Source of the DNA: Octopus vulgaris
Taxonomy: Eukaryota
NCBI GenBank assembly: GCA_951406725.2
Contig: OX597829.1
Coordinates: 31,558,001 to 31,622,000, forward strand
Reading direction: 5' to 3'
Length of the DNA: 64,000 nt
Part shown: positions 51,118 through 64,000 of the stretch, piece by piece
How the letters are laid out: every line of letters starts with the position of its first letter
Numbering within the stretch: position 1 is the stretch's first letter
Program-made: the position numbers and the translations under genes
The notes under the pieces: model-generated
What the model was told of the DNA's origin: nothing
Seen by the model: only the letters and a program-made list of their open reading frames with translations
Databases searched by the model: none

Positions 51118-53330
51118 TGATGGTCGTCCACTCGTGACCGAGGAAGACCATTGCCGACCTTCAGGAACATTGTGCGCTCTAGGACTGACTTATATTTTGC
51201 ATTTGCGGCTCCGTTGGTGGCTAATGAGTCCTGCTCTTGACAAGCACAAACGACTGCAAACATTGCAGACCAAGCTTTCCCCATTCACTATACGAGCCGT
51301 GCGCTTTCGCACAGCTCGCCTAAGTTCTTCATGCTGGATACGTGCTCTCTCAAAAGTGTCGATCCCCTCTTTAACCTGCTTCCTCCATCTGTGGCGATGA
51401 CAGGCATTGTTCTCCCAGTCAGTGTCCTGCATATCAAAGGCCTTTAACGAGGACTTGACACAGTCCTTAAATCGCAGCCTTGGTTTCTGCCGGAGTCTCC
51501 TTCCATTCACAAGTTCTCCATAGAGCATCTGCTTAGAAATCCTTCTATCCTCCATTCTAATAAGGTGTCCAGTCCAACACAACCGGTGCTTGTGTACCAT
51601 CGCCTCAATACTCAAGATATCAGCTGTCCTCAGGATCTGTGTGTCTGGAATTTTTGAGGTCCAGCCAACATTGAGAATGTGTCTGAGACATCTCTGATGT
51701 AAACGTTCAAGGACCCTTACCTGACGTTTGTACAGAGTCAATGTCTCACATGAGTATAGAAGCACTGTCAGTACACAAGCACGGTACACAACAACTTTTG
51801 TTCTCCTTGAGATGCCATGTTGGGACCAGACACGAGACTGAAGAGACCGGAAGGAATTTGTTGCTCTCTGCAACCTGAAAGATATTTCCTCATCCAGGGA
51901 GCAAGAACGGCTGAGTGTGCTGCCCAGGTAGACAAACTTGTCTACTACCTTCAGAATTGTTCCTTCGACCAAGATAGCTGGTTCTATATATGGATTTCCT
52001 GGTGCAGGCTGGAACATTACAACAGTCTTGTCCAGGCTAATGCTGAGTCCAAATGCCCTGCAAGAAGCAGAAATGCAATTCATGAGTATTTGCATGTCAT
52101 CCACTGTATGAGTAACTAAGTCACAGTCATCTGCATAAAGGAGGTCACGAATAATAGACTGGGAAACCTTTGAATTGGCAGCAAATCGGCGAAGATTAAA
52201 GAGGCGGCCAGAAGATCGATATCTGACATATATTCCCAGAGAGCTAACCTTAGTAAAAGCATGAGTAAAAGTAGCGGCAAAATACAAAGAAAAGAGAGTT
52301 GGGGCAAGGATGTCACCCTGCTTAACACCATTCTCTACAGGAATGGGTCCTGCCATGGCACCACCAACATTGACCCAAGCCTCCATCCCATCATGGAATG
52401 ATTTAATTATAGATACAAAGTGATCCGGACATCCAAGTTTGCCAAGTATTTTCCATAGAAAGGCCCTATTTACAGTATCAAAGGCCTTAGTTAAATCAAT
52501 GAATAGCTGGACAAGATCCATATTCTGCTCATAGCACTTCTCCTGCATCTGTCTTGCTGTGAAAATCATATCCATTGTCCCTCTACCAGATCGGAAGCCA
52601 CATTGAGATTCAGATAGGACATAATTTACGAGACACCCATTCAGACGGGTAAGAAGAATATTTGCCAGAACCTTTCCAGCAGCTGATAGTAGAGCAATAC
52701 CTCTGTAGTTACCACACATTGTTCTGGCTCCTTTTTCTTTATATAGAGGAAGAATAATTGCATCCTTCCAGTCCTTAGAGATTGCACCATCCCTCCAGTT
52801 CATGAAGGGACTGTGTGATGCAATTACCACCAAATCGCAAGACCTCAGCACAAATTCCATCCTTTCCAGGTGCCCTACCAAGATTCAATTTACTTATTGA
52901 TGTCATTACTTCATGTATTGATGGCGATGAGTCTAAGGAGTCAATGATAGGTCTTTGTTTCATAGTATCAATCACTGTTTCATCCACAACTGACTCATGG
53001 TTTATGAGTTCAGAGAAGTGTTCGATCCAGCGACCTGTGATTTCTGTTGATTTAGTAAACAGAGTGGAAGACTCCTTGGAAAGCAAAGGAGCTGATGTGG
53101 AGCTCTTAGGTCCATAAGCTCGCTTCATAAGATGGTAAAGCTTCTTGCTGTCATTTGCATCAGCAGCAGCCTGAACATCACGAGCAAGATCCTCCCACTA
53201 AGTGTTCTGCATCTTCCTGAGAGATCGCTGCAGTAGTGATTTTACACTGTTATAGTGGGCAAGTGCTAGACTTCGCTGCACAGTAGACAGTTCTCTGTGC
53301 AGCAACACACTGTGGGCATGGCGCTTCACC
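51118..53330 (-). mobile_element. 5'-truncated RTE-clade (BovB-like) LINE
   Basis: RT ORF plus upstream remnants; short 3' UTR; (TATG)n on both sides. Confidence 0.92.
51190..52790 (-). CDS. RTE reverse transcriptase and C-terminal zinc finger (open part of a disrupted ORF)
   Basis: NYRGIALLS, ESQCGFR..RGT.DMIF, FIDLTKAFDTV, GVKQG..LAP.LF, LLYADD, F.YLGS, CNVCSRLC.SRAGLISHQRS; upstream frame 52775-53128 (RAPGKDGI.AE) is joined by a deletion or frameshift. Confidence 0.9.
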
Positions 53331-53993
53331 ATACATACATATATACATACATATATACATGCATACATACATACATACATACATACATACATACATACGT
53401 ATATGCATGCATACATACATACATACATACATACATACATACATACATACATACATACATACATACATACATACATACATACTTACATACATACATACAT
53501 ACATACATGCATACATACAAACATACATACATACATAAATATAAGACATAAAAATGAAGAATGCAACTTAGTACGGGTGAACTAAGCGAACACACCCGTT
53601 TGAGAAACACCTCGAAGAAAGCGACATGAGATTGTTTACTTTTAGACTGGAAGACACTCTACAACTGTTTCTATCGAAGGATTCTAGGACACTTATACAG
53701 CAGAAACACGTGTCAATGTGTAATATGAAGAAAATGCTGCTTTAATAAAATAAATTTTGAAGATGTTTTATTCTCCATTCTTCAGTTTGATGTCTTGATT
53801 ATAAACTCTGAATTCTTGTAAGCAATCCAATGAAGCGAATTCTTGACTCACCAATTGAGAGCAGTACAGTTTAATCGTTGATCTTAAATGATTCTGGATG
53901 ATTCCTGTCTCCCGATGTGGTAAGCCTAATCTGGATTCACATCACAGTGCTAATAAGGTATCTGCCCGGACTTCAAATCTCTATTCCATAAAG

Positions 53994-54024
<31 letters not shown>

Positions 54025-54027
<3 letters not shown>

Positions 54028-54190
54028 GACGGGCTTCTTCCAGTTTCCGCCTACCAAATCAACTTACAAGGTTTTGATTGGCCCCCGTGCTACGGTAGAA
54101 GACATTTGCCCTAGGTGTCACAGAGTGATACTAAACCAGAGACCTCTTAGTTGGAAAACAAACTTCTTTCCACGCAGTCACATCTGCGCT
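54025..54190 (-). mobile_element. SINE family A, degenerate head
   Basis: GACGGGCTTCTT.CAGTTTCCG.CTACCAAATC...GTAGAAGACA. Confidence 0.7.
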
Positions 54191-54504
54191 TATGTACTTA
54201 TATCTATCAACCTGTACACACGCACACACACGTACACACACACACACATACACACACACACACATACACACATGTACGCACACATACACACACACTCAAA
54301 GAAACAAACAAACAAACAAACAAATAAACACAATCGGGAGGTAGACAACAATTAAAATGAAAGAACTCAATGTAAGAAATTTCTGGAATATCAGAATTAT
54401 GAAGTTGAATGGAGTCAAGAATGCAGATTTTAAAAATCTTTACATTTATAAACCTGTTTCGCCAGCAGAAACTATTTACGCGTACATAAGCGTTTATATG
54501 TATT

Positions 54505-55075
54505 ATGTATGCTTGTATGTATGTATGTATGTATGTATGTATGTATGTATGTATGTATGTATGTATGTATGTATGTATATATGTATGTTTGTATGTATGT
54601 TTGTATGTATGTATGCATGTATGTATGTATGTTTATATGTATGTATGTATGTTTGTATGTATGTTGGTATGTACGTATGTATGTATGTATGTATGTATGT
54701 ATGTATGTATGTATGTATGTATGTATATATGTATGTTTGTATGTATGTTTGTATGTATGTATGCATGCATGTATGTATATATGTATGCATGTATGTATGT
54801 ATGTATGTATGTATGTATGTATGTATGTATGTATGCATGTATGTATGTATGTTTATATGTATGTATGTATGTTTGTATGTATGTTGGTATGTACGTATGT
54901 ATGTATGTATGTATGTATGTATGTATGTATGTATGTTTGTATGTATGTGTGTATCTATGTTTGTATGTATGTTTATATGTATGTATGTATGTATGTATGT
55001 ATGCATGTATGTATGTATGCATGTATGTATGTATGTATGTATTGTATGTATGTATTATGTATGTGTGAATGTATG
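54505..55075. repeat. (TATG)n array with ~220-bp internal duplication
   Basis: Variant string GTTTATATG...GTTGGTATGTACG occurs near 54630 and 54850. Confidence 0.9.
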
Positions 55076-55333
55076 ATGTAGGTATACGTATGTATGTGTG
55101 TATGTATATGTATTAATGTATGTATATGTCTGTATGTATGTACGCATATATGTGTGTACATAAGTATATATGCATACATATATGTATGCATGTGTATATA
55201 TGTATGTGTGTGTATGTATATATATGTATATGCATATCTATCCATCCCTATATATATATATACACACACACATAAATATATGCATATCTATATATATATA
55301 TGTGTGTGTATATATGTCTATATGTATATATGA

Positions 55334-55367
<34 letters not shown>

Positions 55368-55373
<6 letters not shown>

Positions 55374-55562
55374 TTTATAGAAGGAGTTCTACAGGACTAG
55401 AACTGTTTCATTCAAATGAAATCATCAGGAAGCCTGATGATTTCATTTGAATGAAACAGTTCTAGTCCTGTAGAAGCTCCTTCTATAAAATAAATTAATT
55501 TACTCTGCTATGTATTGAGTACCTTATTTACTGTGATTAACCCCGACTCAACCTGGGACCTA
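55368..55562 (+). mobile_element. Fold-back Penelope-like pLTR remnant with two back-to-back HHRs
   Basis: Arms 55368-55429/55433-55495; CTGATGA-tTTC attt GAAt-GAAA-CAG ttctagtc CTG-TA-GAAGC; between (TA)n tracts. Confidence 0.8.
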
Positions 55563-55563
55563 C

Positions 55564-55624
<61 letters not shown>

Positions 55625-55630
55625 AATGAA

Positions 55631-56200
55631 CAGTAATCCCTCGACTATTGCGTGTGCTACGTTACCAAAACCCCCGCGATAGGTGAAAATCCATGAAGTA
55701 GAAACAGTACTGTGCTGCATATCTTTTTTTGTTTTTTTGTTTTTTTCATTTTTATAATTTGTATTTATTTATAAGTACAAAAATAACACCACGGAGGAAT
55801 CCGACGCAAGCTTAAATAATAAAACGCGATAAGTGAACCGCGATACGGCGTGGTATTACTCTGTGCGCGCGCATGCACGAGCCCACGAGAGAGACTCTAC
55901 ATGCAACCTCGACCTCCTAAACACAACATTCTAATACCCCTGAAATCCCAGCCAACAGTACAAACTACATTTTTTTTTTTCATACTCGACGTTCTCCCTT
56001 TCGCAGCATGGCGCCAAGTTACCTGATTCAATAATATATTCTGATCGTACGTATTTATTACATATAATAGAGTACTGTTCGCTTCACCGACAATTTTCAT
56101 TGTATGATGGGCGGTAAACGAGAACGAAAGTCTCGCGTGGACCTCGCTTCTGACGGTGCGTGCTAGCTGACCCGTAAAATGCATACGAGCAGAAAACAAT
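55631..56200. mobile_element. Tigger/pogo-like terminal region
   Basis: CAGTAATCCCTCGACTATTGCG...CCGCGATAGGTGAAAATCC resembles Tigger TIR and subterminal motifs; CpG-rich; right boundary uncertain. Confidence 0.45.
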
Positions 56201-56339
56201 TTATTAAAATATTGTTTGAAAATACTGGGAATTATATCAAAGATCCTTACTAAATTTCTGACTATTACTGAAATTCCATCAAATTAACTCTTTATGAGAG
56301 TCATGTATTTGAAAAAGAAATTGAAGTGGTTAGTTAATA

Positions 56340-56650
56340 TTGTGGCTGTGTGATTAGCTCCATACATGTTCCACAGTTAGTTCCACATACATGTGATTTC
56401 GGGTTCAATCCCGACTGTGCAAAACCTTAGGCAAGTATCTTCTACTATAATTTCGGGCCGACCAATACCTTGTGAGTGAGTTTGGTAGATGGAGGTTGTG
56501 TGGGAGCTCTTGCGTTTGCATCTATGTATATATGCCTGAGTATATATACGTGTACATGTGTACGTACGTGTTTATGCATGAATACAAGTGTACGTGTGTG
56601 TGTGTGTGCGTGTGTGTGTATGTGTGGGTGTTTCCACATCACTTAACAAT
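56340..56650 (+). mobile_element. SINE family A, degenerate
   Basis: GTGGCTGTGTG...GGGTTCAATCCC...GGCAAGTATCTTCTACTATA...GGCCGACCAA. Confidence 0.7.
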
Positions 56651-56789
56651 ATAGAAAAAGTCCAAAGAAAGGAAGACGGAGAAAGAAAATCGCCAACGAT
56701 ACACACGCGGTCTAGATAAGATATGAAATAGAGTGAAGTGGAGGAATGAAAATAGACATGAGTTATGCAGAGATATTGTATCCGCAGTT

Positions 56790-58430
56790 CCATTATTTAG
56801 GCAGAATGGTAAACATATAAGATTCCTGTACCTTGTGAGTAAGTTTCAATTGTATTTATAATTGGTCATTTCAAGCATAGAGTTTGTAAACGGTGTTATT
56901 GAATTGATGGGTTTTTTTCGGTTTTTTTAAAGCGGAAGCGGGGTGTTTGTCCTATTTAAAATAACCTGGTTTCTGAGAAAAAGTTAATTTTTTCAGATCC
57001 AGAAGGTAGGCTGGTCGTCATGGACTTGACGTTCAGCCACGGTAAGATTATCAGACTGGTTGCAATTTATGCACCCACGACAACTGGGTAAAGCGAGTAT
57101 TTTCGGAACCTGAAGACGTTTTTTTGTACATCACATTCTTTAGTTGTGCTAGGAGACTATAACACAATCTGCGACGAACGCGTAGATTATGCTGGCTTGT
57201 GTACAGATAGAAAAGGTAATCCTTGCTTCCAAGAACTGCTAAGCCACTTTGAGCTGGCAGATCCATAAAGGCTGGAATTTTCGAACGCTCCATTGTGGGC
57301 ATGGTCAAGCAGCGACAGATCTTCCAGGTCATATTTAGATAGAGTCTTAATTAGAAAAGCAGATAGAAATATAGCTAGGTGTCCACAGTTCACCCCGTCA
57401 GCTATAGTGATCATAAAATGGTCATCTGTAAGCCTGACATAGATAAGCTATATAATAGAGTTCCCGGCTACTGGAAACTTAATACGTTCCTTTTGGGGAT
57501 TAAGGAGTACATAGGGCATTAACCGGATCCATTATTAATAATAAATGGTGGTACGCTTTCAAGCGAGCCATTAAATTTGAGTCTATTAGATATAGCATAG
57601 GTTTAGTTGCTAGTGAGGCTAGGAAGGAATCAGCTTTAGTTAAGGACTTAGAGGAAGCAATGAAAATTGGCTCTGCGGCTCAAGTGAAGGCCAAGAGACT
57701 GGCGTTAAACCAGCAACTTGAAGCCAAATACATGGGTTGCATTGTCAGGGCTAGGCTTCGTGCAATGGGTTGTGAGGGAATCAAGACCGCAGGATGGGCA
57801 CGAGTTGTGGAAACCCAACGTGCTAATGATGCCACAATACGATCTTTGACGAACCAACAAGGTAAGTTGATAGACGAACCCGAGATGTGAGAGGCCTTTC
57901 AGGAGCACTTCGCCCAGCTTTTCAGTGGGGGGGGGGAGAATAGAAAGAGATCGGGGAGGCACAGACATGCAATTCCCGGCAGAAGCATCCGGGATAATCT
58001 CCATTTTATACGGTGCACTTTAGAGGGGTTTAATAGTTATTCTGGCAAGGGTGGGGCACTGGTCCATTTAGACCAATCAAAGGTGTCCGTTCTGGCGCAG
58101 TTCGGCCTGGGTCTTGGCTTCTTCAGGTGGATCATTCAAATTTATGACAACGTCGACTCGGTAGTTCGAGTGAACGGCCTCTTGTCGAAGCCGTTCAACA
58201 TCAAACGCTCGGTTCGTCAAGGGTGTCCGCTCTCCCCGCTTTAGTACGTAATGGCTCTTGAGCCATTGCTGCGAAAATTGAGCGGCAGCCAGGTTGTGAA
58301 AAGTCGGTTTCAGCTTACGCGCATGATATCACCATCATCGAAATGGATCACCTACAGAGGGTAGGCAAGGCCATTAAGGTTTACGAGACGGTGGCAGGAG
58401 CAAAGGTTAATCGCGAAAAGTCAGTGGCGA
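56790..58430 (+). pseudogene. Degenerate Tx1/L1-like ORF2 (APE endonuclease plus deleted RT)
   Basis: DPEGRLVV.D, RLVAIYAP, VVLGDYN, SYLDRVLI, SDHK, GYWKLN; RT VRQGCPLSPL*Y..ALEPLLR, GAKVNREKS; many stops. Confidence 0.8.
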
Positions 58431-58599
58431 GGCAGGGCTTGTGGGGTCCGAATTAAATCCCCCCCACCACCACCACCACCATTCCATCCGTAATGTCTTC
58501 CAGTCTGTCCTATCATTCGATTTCTTTATATTTTCAAATATTGTCAATTTTTAATTTCATATTTATGTTTATAACCATTCGTTCATCTGACCCCAAATC

Positions 58600-59790
58600 A
58601 GATTGTGTTGTCTCCTTGTGGAAAATTAAACATCATCTTATTCTTAGTACAAGTTTTGAAGAGAGCAGTTTGATTTCAACAGTTATTTTTATAAAGCTAT
58701 AATGGAAGTGACAAAGGAGCATATTCAGCATATTTTGTTTTATGAGTTCAATAAAGGCAACAACACAACAGGAAGTGCGAGGAATATTAATGCAATATAT
58801 TGGGATCGGACATTAAGCGTAAGCCAATGTCAACGGTGGTTCCAGAAATTCCGAACGAGAAACTACAGCCTAGAAGACGAGCTTCATCCTGAAAGATCTG
58901 TAGAGCTCGACGAGGATGTCCTGCAAATCCTTGTGGAACAAAATCCCATCGTAACTGTTGAGGAACGAGCAGAGAAGCTTGGATTTGGTCATTCAACCAT
59001 TCATCGACACCTGCGTGCCATCGGGAAAGTCAGCAAATTGAGTCAATCAGGTCCTCACAAACTTTCCGAGTCTAATCGTGCTCAAAGAGTGAATGTGTAC
59101 TCTTCTTTGCTGTTACATGTCACGTATAAACCATTTTGGACCTAATAGTGACCGGTGACGAGAAATGGGTTTTCTATAAAAATATTGAGCGCCGAACATA
59201 GTGGGTAAGGATAGGAGAAACACCGGCACCCCAGGCTAAAGAAGGTCTTCACTCACGTGAGATAGGAAAGGTTTAGTTCACTTTGAACTTGTAAACCCAA
59301 GCCAAACGATAACAAAGGAAATCTACTGCCACAGCTTGAGCGGCTTGAGTTAGCGCTAGAAGAAAAACGACCATCTTTGGTTTCAAGACGAAAGGTGTTC
59401 TTCCATCAGAATAATGCGCGGCCACATACAGCGAGGATGACATTCCAAAGGCTGGAGCAGTTTGAATGGGAAACTATACCTTACGTATCATATTCGTCGG
59501 ACATTGCCCCATCTGATTATCATTTATGCTGCATTCTTCAAAACCATTTGAATGGAAAAATATGAATTCTGTAGACGAGGTCAGAACAGTACTGGAGCAG
59601 TATTTTTCGTCGTGGACAAGTGAATTTTGGAAGAGGGGCCTTGTAATTCTACCAGATAAATGGGAGAGCATTGTATAAAATGAAGGAGAGTATATTCTAG
59701 ATGAAAAAAGAACTTTGTTTATCTTAATTTTGAAAAAATTTTGAAAAGAAGTATTTAAAAAATCATATTATTTATGGAATGCTCCACTAT
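58600..59790 (+). mobile_element. Degenerate mariner transposase copy (family M3)
   Basis: MEVTKEHIQHILFYEFNKG..WFQKFR..SLEDE, IVTGDEKW, FHQNNARPHTA, YSSDIAPSDYHL; stops and frameshifts. Confidence 0.9.
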
Positions 59791-59795
59791 ACATA

Positions 59796-60965
59796 CAGGC
59801 ATAACTTACCCTACGCCGTTACTTGGCTCCAGTAGACGTGACTTAAGTCGAATTAACTTGTCTCTAGGCTAAGCCGCTAATAGCCATTCCAACGGTATGG
59901 TAATTTTTTCCCATACAATCCAGTTTCGTCTACTTTAAAAATCTGTTGGGAAGAAACCCGTTTTCTTCGATGATTTTCTTTAATGCATTAGGAAATTCCG
60001 TTGCTGCTTGTTCATCAGCTGATGCACTTTCACCTTGCTTCATAACGGAGTGATAACTTCTTCGCTCTTTAAATCTCATGAACCATCCTTGACTTGCCTT
60101 GAACTCTACATCTTTCTCATCTGGATATTTTTTCTTCAGGTCCTCAGACAAAGACAAATCTTGAATGATTTCTTGAGTAATAGTAGCATGCTGACGATTC
60201 AACCTAACAATCCAAAACGGAAAAAGACTTTCCATTTCTTCAAAGATTTTGCCCTTTTTTTCCTTATTGATGAAAGTGTTCATCATTCCTGGGGCTCCTG
60301 ATTTGATATGTGCTAAAATCTTGTCCTTATCATGTACAATTGTTGAAAGAGTTGTCTGATTCATCCCAAAAGATCGTGCAATTGTTACAACTTTTTCATC
60401 TTTCTCATGGCACTTTATCACAGCCAATTTATCTTCCAACATTATAGCATGACGCTTGGCACTTTCACTACGAATTTTCTTAGGAGCCATGAGGGCAAAA
60501 ATAAAGTCACAAATCAATGTGAATGTGAAAGTAGCCGATAAACAGATGTAAACAAATCTGAATTCAAAGCAATCGCGGGAATCACGAGTGACAACGACGC
60601 CTAATGGTAGATATTGGAACTAGAGTGCAATATGAGTTCCGAAAGACTGCTAAATAAGACAACACAGCTGATTTCATGATTTCGTTCACTAAGCTACACT
60701 ACTTTATGGTGTGTATCTTAACATTTACTGCACGTATTTTAATATGATTATATATGCTTTTATCCTTATTTATTGTACAGTAAGATGATTTTATGTCCTT
60801 TTAACAGTTTTCTAGGGATCTTACGATTCTAATATCTGCGGCGGACAGGCGTAAAGTCGAGTAGAATGATTTGACTTGATTTGTATTCTTTCATATAATA
60901 TTTTTGAAAACCTATGTATAATCGGGAACGACTTACATCGAAACGACTTATGCCGAGCTTTGCCT
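59796..60965 (-). mobile_element. Internally deleted Tigger/pogo element
   Basis: TA-CAGGCA terminus and degenerate partner ...TTTGCCT; contains the CENP-B-type ORF. Confidence 0.8.
59930..60490 (-). CDS. Tigger/pogo transposase N-terminus (CENP-B HTH + Tc5 HTH), truncated
   Basis: MAPKK..KRHAIMLEDKLAVIK, IARSFGM..TTLSTI, EEMESL..W, FKASQGWF.RFKER, GESASAD..AA..F. Confidence 0.85.
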   Translation of the reverse strand: MAPKKIRSESAKRHAIMLEDKLAVIKCHEKDEKVVTIARSFGMNQTTLSTIVHDKDKILAHIKSGAPGMMNTFINKEKKGKIFEEMESLFPFWIVRLNRQHATITQEIIQDLSLSEDLKKKYPDEKDVEFKASQGWFMRFKERRSYHSVMKQGESASADEQAATEFPNALKKIIEENGFLPNRFLK

Positions 60966-61053
60966 TTCCCTAAGCGTCTGCTAATACTTTACATGTGCTA
61001 CGTCCTCACGTTGTTTTTTTTTTTTCTTTCGTGTTTGTTCTTCTTTTTTTATT

Positions 61054-61129
<76 letters not shown>

Positions 61130-61454
61130 CAGACACAGAAAGAGAGAGAAAAAGACAACCAGACACACAAACACGCATACATACATACATACATACATAC
61201 ATACATACATACATACATACATACATACATACATACATACATACATACATACATACATACATACATACATACATACATGCATGCATATTCCAGCGTTAGT
61301 ATTTAACCACGATCCCAAATAAACTTCAGGCGAATGACAAAGTTTCGATTTTCTGGATAAAACTGAGCTGTTTGACTTATCAAAGTCTGCTTATTACCCT
61401 CCTTGTGATAGAAACATCACTGATACTAACACGTAAGGTTTTCTTCTTTTCTCT

Positions 61455-61750
61455 TTTATTCTTTTACTTCTTTCAGTCATTGAACTGCGGCCATGCTGGG
61501 GCACTCTGTTGAAGGGATTTTAGTCGACTAAATTAGTCCCAGGATTTATTTAATGTCTGTTATTTTATTGTAAATCGGATCTTTTGCTGAACCGATATGT
61601 TAAGTGGGGTGTAAACAGACCAACACCGACTTCCGCACAGTCCATATCCATCAAATTGATTCACGAGTCATTGTCCAAGATGTCGCTCAGTGGGACTACT
61701 CTCGAAACAACGTGACTGCGAAGCGAACTTCTTTACTACAAAGCCGTGCC
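61455..61750 (-). mobile_element. SINE family A, degenerate
   Basis: TTTCAGTCATTGAACTGCGGCCATGCTGGGGCAC...TTTAGTCGA. Confidence 0.7.
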
Positions 61751-62449
61751 TGTAATATACGAATTCCATTTGAAGTCTTTGAATCCAAGTCTGGCGATTA
61801 GATACTAGCCGTCAGACTTGAATATAAATGAATTGATTTCAGAACAGAGGATTAATGAGAGATAACCATTCTACACGGGAGGACTTTTATTTGTGCTTAG
61901 AGTTTAAGCGACAACAACCGTAGAGCGAAAATGTAAGCATCTCGCTAATAGTGACCCCTGACTCAATTTCAATTTCCGAACGATGTAAATTTACTTGGTT
62001 TATATTACTAATGCCTTGAATGTCTCTGCATATCATATCTATTTTCTCCTAAAACAATTGCGTCTTTGTTTGCTGTCAATCTGAAACCTAACTCCAGTAT
62101 TGTAATCCAACTCGATGAATGTTACAACTACAAGAACAACTAGTATAGCGATAGAAGAATAACTTGAACAATAACTCAATGCGTACGCAAGCAGGGAAGA
62201 GACTCTTTCTATGTAGTAGGTCGATCACCTAGAAATAACTAAATTTCCATCAAATCACACTTACATCCTTAAGAGAAAATATTTGTAGAATGTCCTAGAT
62301 ACACTGTCTGAATAAAAAAAAAACGTGGAACTCTTATGGGCTGAATACCTGGATCGAAAGTAATACAAAAATGGCCATTTTTTCATTCAAATTGCATATG
62401 TTGTTATTGCAACTTTTCCTCTAAACAAAGGTACTACTCACCATAATCT

Positions 62450-62890
62450 ACACTAGAAGTGATGCATTTTCGCTATCATTGAATTCATCCCTCGAATCTT
62501 GTCTGAAAAAAATCTTTTTATGTACACTGCTGTGCCCGTTTCTTGACAGTTTCGTCTCATCTGTGTCATAAAACCATTGGCCCCACCAAAACTGTCCTTC
62601 ATTGAACCGGACAGGCGCCAAATCCGAGCAGTGAGGTGGTTACAGGACACTTCACCTGCCCTGTTTGCTGTTTGTTTGATTTGTTAACAAAGACTTGTGC
62701 GGTTGCACACAGTCGTGGTGAATATGATGCGTTTTCAGACTCTTTTTGTCCTAATAGCTTCTCTAAGTGGTTTCAATGTATCAATGTACAGCTCACTGTT
62801 TATGGTACAGCTACGTTCTTGAAATCAAAAAGATTGACGCCTTTGTCATCCGAAAAACAGCAACCATAACGTTCTGTGCTGATCGCTGAT
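62450..62890 (-). pseudogene. Highly degenerate mariner fragment
   Basis: Minus-strand remnants resembling IIFHHD..QPH and PHCSDLAP. Confidence 0.5.
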
Positions 62891-63004
62891 TCTTGAGCTT
62901 ATGCCATATAGAAGAGCCTAGTAGTTATCAAGCGGTGGTGGGGGACAAACACATACACAAAGACACACACACGTAAATGTATGTGTGTATATATACACAC
63001 ACAC

Positions 63005-63520
<516 letters not shown>

Positions 63521-63524
<4 letters not shown>

Positions 63525-64000
63525 AGTTAATTTTTGGCTCAAAAAGCAAGGCCATGTAGGGGGACATGGAGTTATGTACAGGGTGGTGTTCATGCAAAGA
63601 GTTCGGGCCATTTGTGGTCAAGGGAGACTTTGAACCGAGCGATCGTCGGCATCTTCACTATCTCGTCCGGCAGCTTATTCCACGGATCCGCAATCCGGAC
63701 AGAGAAAGCCCCTCTCCTTCGATTGAGATGAAATCGTCGCAGATAGAACTTTTCAGAGTCACCCCGCAGCCGACGCTCTGGAGCAGGAGTGAAGAACAGC
63801 TCCTTCGAGAGGTTACACTTTCCGCTTATGATGTTGTGAGCAAGAATGAGATCACCACGGCATCGTCGTTTTTCTAGAGAATAAAGGTCGAGCGTCTTCA
63901 GCCTTTCTTCATAAGACAAATGCTTGAGACCGAGAACCATGCGGGTAGCCAGCTTCTGGACTCTTTCGAGATGATGCATGTCTTTGGGGAGATAAGGAGA
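63521..64000 (-). mobile_element. CR1-clade LINE 3' end (runs off the window)
   Basis: LERVQKLATRMV.GLKHLSYEERLKTLDLYSLEKRR.RGDLI, FSVRI...WNKLP; short 3' UTR ending at (TA)n. Confidence 0.9.

Noticed and set aside
53650-53720. GAAACACGTGTC / GAAACAGTTGTA half motifs
   Set aside because: Only the 3' halves are recognisable; no 5' core
55790-56200. CpG-rich stretch as a host promoter
   Set aside because: Follows a Tigger-like TIR at 55631; more simply explained as transposon sequence

Overview
AT-rich, microsatellite-saturated eukaryotic DNA. The SINE repertoire and repeat landscape suggest a coleoid cephalopod (Octopus-like); this is inferred, not searched. Most of the supplied ORFs are translated (CA)n/(TA)n/(CATA)n/(ATC)n microsatellites. 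The real coding remnants belong to transposons: RTE, R4/Dong-like, Tx1/L1-like and CR1 LINEs, a Penelope-like GIY-YIG ORF, several mariner copies, and Tigger/pogo. Four tRNA-derived SINE families and Helitron-like non-autonomous elements are also present. The main hidden signal is a dense set of about 13 loci carrying intact, half or degenerate minimal type-I hammerhead ribozyme (HHR) motifs. These sit mostly in short non-coding elements inside (TA)n tracts, many of them fold-backs. They include a 461-bp tandem retrozyme-like unit whose junction falls on the predicted cleavage site, an intact HHR held between ~70-bp inverted repeats, and a recurrent CCGAnGA (U4C) core variant. Host-gene evidence is limited to a candidate Cys-rich PAN/apple-like exon (minus strand) and a candidate 33-nt microexon. 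All calls were made by eye, and TE boundaries are approximate.
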